DNA of 51,405 bases, the filler included, from Barthelona sp. PAP020 (lineage: Eukaryota): NCBI GenBank assembly GCA_040182905.1. It is 2 parts of 2 records of this genome, joined end to end, with 100 filler letters (N's around TTAATTAATTAA, not from the genome) between each part and the next. Parts side by side here need not be neighbours in the genome. Positions count along the whole stretch, not along the records: positions 1 to 25,725 come from JARQWU010000143.1; positions 25,826 to 51,405 come from JARQWU010000144.1. One strand, given 5' to 3'. This document shows positions 20,703-29,790 of the stretch, in pieces (within the stretch, counting starts at the first letter, position 1; every line of letters begins with the position of its first letter). Made by a program: the position numbers and the translations under genes. The notes beneath the pieces are model-generated. The model worked only from the letters and a program-made list of their open reading frames with translations, did not search any database and was not told the origin of the DNA.

Positions 20703-23342
20703 ATGGATGAATTTGATACTGAGATAACAAGTACTCTTCCACCATTTGCGAATGAAGAAAACAAACAATTGCATCAAAAGATTTTGAATCAAGAAAATGT
20801 TTTGGCGAATGTTGAGAATGAATTGGAATCAATTACAGAAAGAACTAGCGAGCTAGCTAGCCATATGAAAAATGTGGAAGCTGAGTATAGTCATACACAA
20901 CAGATTTATACTGCACGTGTTGAAGAAATGGAAAACGAAGAGCATCATATTCAATTAATGATTCGTGAAAGAGGTAAACTTGAAATAGAAAAGAAGAAGA
21001 TGTCTTCAAACATTGAAGATATTGAAGATAAAATCAATTCCATCGAAAATCGAATTTTTTTGCAGAATGAAAAGTTGCATAAATACAGAGATCAATATGA
21101 AATTAATCAAGAGGATTTAGATTCTTGGTTTTCTTTAATTCAACAAAAGTTGGAAGATTTGAAGATTTTAGAACAATACAAAGCTAAGGATGCCTCATTA
21201 GAAAAGGACAGAGAATTAAAAATTTCTAAGATTACTGAAGCTATTATTGAATTAAGACAAAAATTGGACAATGAAGTTTTGCAGACAAAATTTCAACAAG
21301 CCCAGTTGGACAAATTAAATCAGCAATTTAAGAATTCACATGTCGAGAGAAGAGATGTAATTGCTAAATGGCAGGCTACTGTGAATGAGATGGTAAAACT
21401 AGATCAAGAAATTGCTGTTCGTACAGAAAAGTTCAATGATAACAAGAAGATACTGAGAGAGAGGAAGAATTTTTTGGATACAAAACGTAAACTCGCAAAT
21501 ACTGAAGAAAGTACTTTAAAGGAGCAAAACAACGAAAATCAACGATTGTTGAAGGAAAGATACAATTATAATGAAGATTTAAGCCGTTTAACTAAACAAA
21601 TTGAAGATTTACAGCATGAGAAGAATATAAATCTCCAACAGTACGAAAAATTGGAGAAAGAAGTCATCAATCAACGAAATATGGGAAACCAACTTCAAAA
21701 GGAAATAGATAGATCTGTAAAGAATAAAGATAAAAGACAAAAGGATTTTGAACAAAAGAAGGATGAATTGGCCCAATTAGAATCAAGCAATCTTGCTGAA
21801 GAAGAGAAATTAAAGATTTTGGAGGAGATGATTGCTGAGAATGAAAGTGCCATTGCAGAAGCTGATAAAGTCTTGAATAATCTTACCACCAAGTTGTTCA
21901 AGAGTAATCAAGAGTTGTATGATTTGAAAACTAAAGAAAAGCATTTATTAACAGATTTACAATCACTGGATACATCGATTAAAAATGCAGATCAAAGTAT
22001 TCATCAACAAGAATTGGAATCTCAAAGACAAGAGGAATTGATCTATCAAAGTGACTTCCAAATTCAACATTTGGAAAGAAGATTAGCAAGAGCTCAAGGA
22101 AAGCGTTCTGAAGAAGAAAAGAAGCAGTTGAATTCAAAAATTACCAGTTTACAAACTGAATTGGATGGTGTTGAAGCTCGAGAAAAGTCTATAAAGAAGA
22201 GTTTAAGTGATGTTGAAGAGGCTATTAATAGACAAAAGATGAAGATTACAAAATTACAAAAAGAGGAAGAAATTTTAGAAATGAAGAAGAATGAATTGAA
22301 TTTGGGAATCACAAAGAGTCAAAAGACTTTAAATAAGATTTCTATTGAAAAACAAGAAAAATTTGTGGAAGAAAACAATTATTCTTTGCAAAAAGTTCAA
22401 TTGCAAGAAACTTTAGAACATGTGCTGAATTTGTTAACTGGTTATGCCAATAGAAAGGAACAATTACGTTTGCATATTGATGAAAGGAAGATTGATATTG
22501 CAGCTCATCAAGATATTCTCAAATCTGAATTAAAGAGTGCAGAACAGGAGAGAAGAAAATATGCAGTGAATTTGAATGAAAAAACTTTATTGTCTGAAAA
22601 ATTACAAAACAAGTTTGATACCATTACAAATAAGGGGATTCCTTCCGACATACCAGCAGAAGAACATTCTCAAGCATTTTTTGTTGTTAAAGCTGCTCAA
22701 GAAAAGCAAGAATTGCAACAATTGGGTGATGAATTAGATGAAGCGATCAGAGTATTAATTAAAGAGATTCAACAACTGGAACTAACAAAAGATCAATTAG
22801 GGGCTGCCAATTCAAACTACAAATCAAATCTTACAGGTACTTCTGATGGAAACAAAGTGGAAAAAGCCACAAAGGAGGCTTATGAAACCGAATTATCTGA
22901 AATTAACTTAAAAACACGACAATTGATGGACAAACGCAGTGAAGTTGAAGCAGAGTTACATTATCAAATTCAAATGATGAACGATTTACGTAACGATAAT
23001 GAAAGGCTACTTCAAGACAATGAAGAAACATCGGGCAGATTAGAACAATTAAGAAAGGAAGTTGATGACCAAGAAGATAAGTTAGGTAGGGCTACTGCAT
23101 TATTAACCAGAGCTAAAAAGGGCTGTATTCAGTCTTTACCTAAAAATGAAGCTGCAGAAATTGAATTGGAATTACAAGCTCAAGAATTAAGAAATGCAAA
23201 TTCAGATGTTTTAAAAGCTTTAACTAGAATAAGCACCTCTAATTCGATCATTGGACCAACTTTAGCGGAAGCATTAAGTCAAATGTTTGGATCCAGCAGA
23301 CCTTCTTCAAGCAGAACTTCAAATAGGAGCAGACTCCAATGA
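20703..23342 (+). CDS. CCDC39: Axonemal ruler protein CCDC39/FAP59
   Basis: LPPFANEENK, HMKNVEAE, ELIYQSDFQIQHLERRLARAQGKRS, EEHSQAFFVVKAAQEKQELQQLGDELD. Confidence 0.93.
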   Translation: MDEFDTEITSTLPPFANEENKQLHQKILNQENVLANVENELESITERTSELASHMKNVEAEYSHTQQIYTARVEEMENEEHHIQLMIRERGKLEIEKKKMSSNIEDIEDKINSIENRIFLQNEKLHKYRDQYEINQEDLDSWFSLIQQKLEDLKILEQYKAKDASLEKDRELKISKITEAIIELRQKLDNEVLQTKFQQAQLDKLNQQFKNSHVERRDVIAKWQATVNEMVKLDQEIAVRTEKFNDNKKILRERKNFLDTKRKLANTEESTLKEQNNENQRLLKERYNYNEDLSRLTKQIEDLQHEKNINLQQYEKLEKEVINQRNMGNQLQKEIDRSVKNKDKRQKDFEQKKDELAQLESSNLAEEEKLKILEEMIAENESAIAEADKVLNNLTTKLFKSNQELYDLKTKEKHLLTDLQSLDTSIKNADQSIHQQELESQRQEELIYQSDFQIQHLERRLARAQGKRSEEEKKQLNSKITSLQTELDGVEAREKSIKKSLSDVEEAINRQKMKITKLQKEEEILEMKKNELNLGITKSQKTLNKISIEKQEKFVEENNYSLQKVQLQETLEHVLNLLTGYANRKEQLRLHIDERKIDIAAHQDILKSELKSAEQERRKYAVNLNEKTLLSEKLQNKFDTITNKGIPSDIPAEEHSQAFFVVKAAQEKQELQQLGDELDEAIRVLIKEIQQLELTKDQLGAANSNYKSNLTGTSDGNKVEKATKEAYETELSEINLKTRQLMDKRSEVEAELHYQIQMMNDLRNDNERLLQDNEETSGRLEQLRKEVDDQEDKLGRATALLTRAKKGCIQSLPKNEAAEIELELQAQELRNANSDVLKALTRISTSNSIIGPTLAEALSQMFGSSRPSSSRTSNRSRLQ

Positions 23343-23480
23343 ACACTTTTTTTTATTTTAATTGACTTTTATAAATTGTATATTTATTTTTATTGAATAA
23401 AAGGTTTCTTTTGATGTTTTCAAAGCATTTTGTAAAAAATTGAAGTTCATACATTATTTTGATTTTTTGAATTTTTTTAC

Positions 23481-24944
23481 ATGTCTTATACCCAACATAA
23501 TCAAAATAATATTGCGATAGGTGATCCTAGAAATATTGAATTCGGAAAATCAAATTATCAAAGCAGTTTTGAAAAACAAAGTCAACCAGACATTCTGAGC
23601 AAACTAGATAGAATGAAACAATCAAATCGTTTAAGAATGACTTCATGGAAAACGGGTTTTGATAATCCTGAATTATCAACCACAAATCAAAGTAGTTTCA
23701 AGACTCCAAATAATTTTGAAAGAGTCAAAAGATGCACAATGCCTACTTCTCAAATGCATTTAGGGGATGATGTAAATGATTTTCAAACTTCTGCTCAACA
23801 ATATGGTTTAAATGAAAAATTAGATAATGATCAATTAAAACCTCAAATAAGCACAAAAGAGTTGCAAAAATCTCATATTCAGTTTACAGATCAAACTAAT
23901 TATCAAACTACAAACGCTTCTAGTTATAGTAGACATGATTATGTAAGAACACGCACTCCAATTAAATCTGCTCAAAAGACGTCTAATATTGTTATCGGTG
24001 ATCCAAAGCAAGGATTTTCTGGGGAAACTATGAATCAATCAATGTTAAAAGCGTATAAAATTGATTCAGATATTCGTCAAAAAGGTGTTGATAATTTTGG
24101 GTTGCAAAATACCCATTTTTACTTTGATTCTACAAATCCACAACAATATGAAACAACTACAAAGAGTGCTTATCAAAGAATTTCCCAAAATGATTTGAAT
24201 CAAATAGCAGCAGGGCAAATGGATCAAAAAATTCAACAATTTACGAAAATTCAACATCCTTTCAATGCTGCAACAACATCTAAAAGCAGTTATGTAAAGT
24301 ATGATTTAAAAGATGTATATTCTGGAAAAGAAATCAATAACAATGCTCACAAATCTAATTTAAAATTAAACCAACAACAATTACCGGACCAATATGTTAC
24401 GACTAGTTCTACCAGTTACAAAAATGCATTTTTGAATGGTACCGAACAATTAAAAGTTGATTTAGACAAAAATAAATTTCAAAAAAGTTCAATAAAGATT
24501 GGAGACCCAACAAATGTTCCTTTTGCTATGTCTACAACATCAAGAGACACCTTTGTTGCTCAAGATTCAAATATTTCATCGGAAAACGCAAAATCAGCGG
24601 AAATTGTAAAGAAAAACTTGCAAAAATCTCATCAATTGTTTGACAACAATATTCAACATTTTTCAACAGTTAGTAAAGATAGTTTTAAGCCTTATGATAT
24701 TTCTCAAGCACAACAAAAGCAAGTAAATCTTGGTTTGTATAAAAGTGAACTTGTTGGGGACAGAAATATCAAGACAAATTATCAATCAAGTACTCAAGCA
24801 AGTTATCAACCACACAAAAACGTTCAACAGATTAATTCAGCTAGCATTAAAACTGATTTACAAAAGAATCATTTCAATGTGGGAACTCATCTCGGTTATG
24901 ATAATTTTGATTGGAAGACATCAAAAGAAGCTGCATTTATGTAA
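23481..24944 (+). CDS. Repeat protein with Mn-like motifs; probable microtubule inner protein (SAXO/TEX45-like)
   Basis: About 12 imperfect repeats of (K)S(H/N)xx(I/L)G(D)...(Y/F)xTTxxxx(Y/F) at roughly 35-45 aa spacing. Confidence 0.6.
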   Translation: MSYTQHNQNNIAIGDPRNIEFGKSNYQSSFEKQSQPDILSKLDRMKQSNRLRMTSWKTGFDNPELSTTNQSSFKTPNNFERVKRCTMPTSQMHLGDDVNDFQTSAQQYGLNEKLDNDQLKPQISTKELQKSHIQFTDQTNYQTTNASSYSRHDYVRTRTPIKSAQKTSNIVIGDPKQGFSGETMNQSMLKAYKIDSDIRQKGVDNFGLQNTHFYFDSTNPQQYETTTKSAYQRISQNDLNQIAAGQMDQKIQQFTKIQHPFNAATTSKSSYVKYDLKDVYSGKEINNNAHKSNLKLNQQQLPDQYVTTSSTSYKNAFLNGTEQLKVDLDKNKFQKSSIKIGDPTNVPFAMSTTSRDTFVAQDSNISSENAKSAEIVKKNLQKSHQLFDNNIQHFSTVSKDSFKPYDISQAQQKQVNLGLYKSELVGDRNIKTNYQSSTQASYQPHKNVQQINSASIKTDLQKNHFNVGTHLGYDNFDWKTSKEAAFM

Positions 24945-25362
24945 ATTTTGAAAAAAAATTGTTAAATTCCAAGTTTTATTTTTATTTTCCCTTTTATAAA
25001 ACGTTTTTCAAGACTTTCCAAACAGGGGATTTGATTTTAAGATTAAGAACTAACATTCCCTCTTCTTTTGATACGAATGTTCGGCCTTCTCTTTTGTAGC
25101 ATCTCCGTCTCAAAACTTTTATCTCTTTGACCGTTTAGCGGACAGAGATGTCCTAATTGGTGTGTAATAAGGTTTCATATTAAAGAAAAGAGGAAGAAGA
25201 ATTTTGGTTTGGTGAACTGAATCCTCTTCATACATATCTTTTGTTTGTTTAGAAAAATGATCGTTTGACATAGGATTTTGGAGTAAGACAGGGCATATTT
25301 ATAAAAGATGCATGTCAGGGATATCAAACAATTTTAAAAGAAATCATCTTTGTTGATAATAG

Positions 25363-25400
25363 AAATAAATAAAAAATAAAAATAAATAAAAAATAAAAAA
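25363..25400 (+). repeat. A-rich simple repeat (A3-6T)n
   Basis: aaataaataaaaaataaaaataaataaaaaataaaaaa seen directly. Confidence 0.7.
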
Positions 25401-25550
25401 AGAAGAAATGAAAGCTGCTAATTCTTTGTTTAGCACATTGGTTATATGAAAATACTTCTTTTCAAATAATTAATTATTATGAAGGAGAACATTGTTTGAC
25501 TCTTTTAATTATTTCCAAGCCAAGAAGCACTGTGTTGATGAGTGAATAAA

Positions 25551-25637
25551 AATGTGGAAGTTCACGAACAATGAACGAATCTATTGGAGATTTAATGTGG
25601 AAGTTCATGCTCAATGAACGGAATTTATTGGAGATAT
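25551..25637. repeat. Two imperfect tandem copies of a ~43-bp unit
   Basis: aatgtggaagttcacgaacaatgaacgaatctattggagattt followed by aatgtggaagttcatgctcaatgaacggaatttattggagatat. Confidence 0.85.
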
Positions 25638-25725
25638 AAAGAGGTCATCAAATATCACTTCCTTTATTTGTTGTTTCTTGACCACCTTTAGGTCCAATTC
25701 TTTAAGATACTTGGGCATCTGAATC

Positions 25726-25825
25726 NNNNNNNNNNNNNNNNNNNNNNNNNNNNNNNNNNNNNNNNNNNNTTAATTAATTAANNNNNNNNNNNNNNNNNNN
25801 NNNNNNNNNNNNNNNNNNNNNNNNN
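25726..25825. other. Artificial contig-joining linker (N44-TTAATTAATTAA-N44)
   Basis: Exactly 100 bp and symmetric; the palindromic 12-mer puts stop codons in all six frames. Confidence 0.95.
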
Positions 25826-26422
25826 GTTTTGCGTGGATGGTTCAGAACACTCTTAAAAAAGAAGAAATACTTTAAGTGTGGATGGGGGGATTATCTAAAC
25901 AAAAGTTCAATAATCTTTTTCCTTCTTGCCTATAAACTTTGATTGTTCTTCTCTGGGTTTCCTTGATGAACCCTTGTAATTCCTTGCTAACCTACTATGC
26001 ACACTTGCATCCTTATTACCCTGAATTATTTCATTCTTTGTTGTTATTTCACTTTCAATTTTGATTTCCATTAACATCAGAAATTGTAAGAAGAAACCTT
26101 AAACCCATTTATATTGTCTTTTCTCTGAAATCCATCTGTTACGAATACAAAGACCTGGAGTTATCCTTGCTTCCAAACCGATAATAAAAAGTATTGCTTT
26201 TCTAAAATCCTGCAAAGTTGAATTTTCTTTTGGTTAGTTGAAGTTTGCAATATTTCTTCTGCTAAAATCCGTTGCAGTTTCAAAAAAAGAAAGAAAAATT
26301 GAACAATTTTATTTCATATTCACTAAAAATTCTATCTCATTTTTTGATTTGACAAAAAAAGTTCCTTCATAAAAAAGAAAATTTTAAAAATTTCAAAAAC
26401 TTTTACAATGTTAATGTTACCA

Positions 26423-29400
26423 TTATTTTTGTGTGGTTAAATAATCATTAGCATGCTGAATTTGAACAATTGCGCTTAATTTTTTTTTTTTTTGTCTTTC
26501 AACACAATAATCTGATTTTGGATGTATTTCAACATTATATGGCATTGAATTTAGCATATCATATGCTTTTAAAGAAGAATTTCTGTCAACAAACATGATT
26601 AATATTTCGTTATCACTAATCCATTTCAAAGAATAGGACATCTGAAGCGTTGATAAATATTTCATCACATCTGTTGTGGAAAATGATGCAGGGAATTCAT
26701 ACAGAATCAGACTTCTGTCAAACATTATGCTTTCCATTTTTTGAATCAAAGGAACTTGTATCTTTTTGGACAACAAAGGCAAGGGTTGTTTCAATTGATA
26801 ACGTTCCTTTGCGAAGTCTATTGTGAATACACAATCAATTTTTTGATCTTTGTGGTATCTTGGTCGGTAATCAACAACTACATCACCCCATATTTTTAAA
26901 TACTCTTCAATAACAGCCTTTTCCAATTCATTGTCGTTAATTTGAAGATGAATACTATCTTTCAACCCATTAATTAACTGAGTCAATCCTATGTCCAATT
27001 TTTCAACCAATTTGTAATGTTCTATGGCTGATTGTATTAACTCTTGAGAATAAAAAGTGGAAGATCTAAAATAAAATTCATCAACCAAGGAAATACCAGC
27101 AATACTCATAATTTCATGCAAAGTTGCCTTTTCTTTTTGATGTTTTGAACAGTCTTCATCGCATTTCAATAATTTTCCATCACAATGTCCATTAATACTT
27201 TTAAAGCCACACATGCAAGTTCGAAGACCAACAAAAGAACAAGGAGGACATTGTTCTTGAGGATGACAAGTGGCTTTGCAAATATGACCACAATCTAAAA
27301 CTTTACCACATTCACGTAAGCAAGAACGTAATTCTTCTTTGTTTGAATTACAGAATGTATCTTCAGGATGACACCTACGATGACAAACATGATGTCCACA
27401 GCACAATATTTTTTCGCAAATATTCTTACATCTGGCTGATTCCCCACCACATTGTTGTTCCATCATTTCTTTTCCACACGCACAAGGCTTGACAACAAGC
27501 TCAGTACAAGATGGACAATTTCCTTCATGACATCTTGCTTTGCATTTGTGTCCACATTCTAACATATTCTCACAAATATTTTTGCAACATGGTACAGTGG
27601 TACCACAAGGTTGAGGTGGATTAACATATGTTTTCCCACAGGGACACGTAATTGGGTCAAGAACCATGTATCCACATGGGGGACATGATCCTGAATGCCC
27701 ACAAGCCTCTTGACAAGTGTGTCCACAAGATAAAACTTTTCCACATTTCTTTTCACAAAAGTGACTGTCTGGAATTGAGCGAAGCGGACAACATTTTTTA
27801 TGACAAACATGTTTACCACAATTCATCAGACGACCACACACATTTTGACATACAGGTTCAACACCTGTGGCCAGATCTAAAGAAGACATCCTGATTATTT
27901 GTGATCCACAACGACATGAAACTTGTATCATTGCATCAGTAATTGGACAAGGTCCATCATGACAAGGTTGGGTACAAAAGTGTTCAGGATATGATGAGAG
28001 GGGTTTTCCACAAATTTTATCACAGGTTGGCAAAGGATCTGAACATTTCAATCTACCAACTTGACTCATTTGTGTCTTTCCACAGGCACAAGTTGTTTTG
28101 GTCCTTGGATTTCTATCACAGTGTTTACATGCTCCTTCATGACAGGCAATAACACACCTACATTCACCGCAATCGAGTAATTTATCACATATTTTATCAC
28201 AAGAACAAACATTTTCAATAATTCCATCTTTATTTGGCCTTAAGTTGACAGGTACTTTACCACATTCAACAGTTGCAATCGTTTTACCACAAAAACAACT
28301 AACTTTTACCAAGATGCTGCAATTAGTTAGATTCTTTAATTTTTGATCAAGAATTGAACCAGGATACCAATATGGTGCTCTAATGAATGGATTGTTAACT
28401 TCTTTAAGCGCCATTTCCTGCTGAAATTCAACAGTGGGTAATTCATCAGTGTTTTGGTCAAATCCACAAAATTCACATTTTTCTTGGTTCCTTTTATAAA
28501 CTCCACACCCAGAACAAATTCTGGCAAATGGTTTTCGGACAATGCAAGGACCTGAATGACAAATTTTTGAACAATGATGTCTTCCACAGTCCAACTCTTT
28601 GTTGCAAATTTGACCACAGCATCGAATATTTTCATCATTCAACATGGAACACGGTATAATCATGTCTTGCTTTTTACAATGGCATTTGTGAGTAGAAGTC
28701 AAATTACAAGTCGAACATTGTCCTGTATGACAAGGTAAAGTGCATTTATGTCCACAAGGCAATTCTTTCCCACACATTTCTGTACAACAACCAGGTGCAA
28801 TACCATTTATTAATTGAGGATTATTGCAATGTCCTCCAAAACACTGAAATCTAGGAGAATCAACCACATGTCTACAATGAGGACATTTGGCCGGAAATGT
28901 AGCTAAAGCACGAGTTGCACAACTGAAATGAAGAACAATATGACACCATTTGCAGCACCAAAATTTTGCCACTTTTTTTCCCTTTACAGGATTAATAGGT
29001 TGAAAGCAAATGGGACAAGATGTGCGCCCTTCAGTAAATTCTTTCGTTTTTGCCAAAGCATCTTCTCGCAATCCTAAAGAATTCCAATCAATACTAGAGG
29101 TAGAATAAGGTTCAGCATTTTCAAAGGCTTCTGCATTGACATTAAATTTTAGCTTCTTTGAATTCACTATCTCAATTGAAGCTTTTTTTGATTGGTTTTC
29201 AGTTTGTTTTCTGGATTTCAACAGCAAATTTTCCAGTTCATTACCAAAACTTTCAAAATCTTTAACAGTTGAATTTGTTGTGGCTGAATCTGATTTTGTT
29301 TTGGTTTGTTTCTGTTTTTTTCTATTCTTATTACTTCTCTTGTGAGAATTATCTTTATTATTATCTTTCATTTGCTGTTCACTCGAATATAATTTTTCTT

Positions 29401-29590
29401 TGTTTTTGCTCTTATCTTTCCTTGGTAAAACAGTTTGTTTTCTGTCATTTTCTGTTTCTTTTGATTTGTTTTTATCATTTTGACTAACATTGGAACGTTT
29501 CCTGTTTCGATATTTTTTTTTGGGATGTACCTTTTGTTGATTATTACTTTCGTTATTTGTATTAACTTTTGTATCAGATTGATTGGACAT
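26423..29590 (-). CDS. NFX1: NFX1/shuttle craft/FAP1-type zinc finger protein
   Basis: RING/PHD-like CPIC...WCCKWCHIVLHFSC...CPHCR, many NF-X1 fingers (CGHxCxxxCHxGxC), and C-terminal R3H-like and RRM-like regions. Confidence 0.88.
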   Translation of the reverse strand: MSNQSDTKVNTNNESNNQQKVHPKKKYRNRKRSNVSQNDKNKSKETENDRKQTVLPRKDKSKNKEKLYSSEQQMKDNNKDNSHKRSNKNRKKQKQTKTKSDSATTNSTVKDFESFGNELENLLLKSRKQTENQSKKASIEIVNSKKLKFNVNAEAFENAEPYSTSSIDWNSLGLREDALAKTKEFTEGRTSCPICFQPINPVKGKKVAKFWCCKWCHIVLHFSCATRALATFPAKCPHCRHVVDSPRFQCFGGHCNNPQLINGIAPGCCTEMCGKELPCGHKCTLPCHTGQCSTCNLTSTHKCHCKKQDMIIPCSMLNDENIRCCGQICNKELDCGRHHCSKICHSGPCIVRKPFARICSGCGVYKRNQEKCEFCGFDQNTDELPTVEFQQEMALKEVNNPFIRAPYWYPGSILDQKLKNLTNCSILVKVSCFCGKTIATVECGKVPVNLRPNKDGIIENVCSCDKICDKLLDCGECRCVIACHEGACKHCDRNPRTKTTCACGKTQMSQVGRLKCSDPLPTCDKICGKPLSSYPEHFCTQPCHDGPCPITDAMIQVSCRCGSQIIRMSSLDLATGVEPVCQNVCGRLMNCGKHVCHKKCCPLRSIPDSHFCEKKCGKVLSCGHTCQEACGHSGSCPPCGYMVLDPITCPCGKTYVNPPQPCGTTVPCCKNICENMLECGHKCKARCHEGNCPSCTELVVKPCACGKEMMEQQCGGESARCKNICEKILCCGHHVCHRRCHPEDTFCNSNKEELRSCLRECGKVLDCGHICKATCHPQEQCPPCSFVGLRTCMCGFKSINGHCDGKLLKCDEDCSKHQKEKATLHEIMSIAGISLVDEFYFRSSTFYSQELIQSAIEHYKLVEKLDIGLTQLINGLKDSIHLQINDNELEKAVIEEYLKIWGDVVVDYRPRYHKDQKIDCVFTIDFAKERYQLKQPLPLLSKKIQVPLIQKMESIMFDRSLILYEFPASFSTTDVMKYLSTLQMSYSLKWISDNEILIMFVDRNSSLKAYDMLNSMPYNVEIHPKSDYCVERQKKKKLSAIVQIQHANDYLTTQK

Positions 29591-29790
29591 TAATAAAAAA
29601 CAAACAAAGTAACAATTAAATATTGGTCGAAATAGATCAAAATAGACTCTATTTTCATTCTTTTTACAAAAGCACTAATTATTTTGGAAAAAAATCAAAA
29701 TTAATTGTTTAATTGAATTTAGAAGATGCAATAAAATATTCAAAAAGGAAAAAAACAAATTTTTTTTGAGAATAATTGAACGATGTCAGG

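Noticed and set aside
25551..25637. Possible CRISPR-like repeat
   Set aside because: Only two abutting copies with no spacer, eukaryotic context and no cas genes.
25770..25781. Palindrome TTAATTAATTAA as a biological site (e.g. piggyBac TTAA or telomeric motif)
   Set aside because: It is centred in a symmetric 100-bp N block and gives six-frame stops, so it is a synthetic spacer. Synteny across it should not be interpreted.
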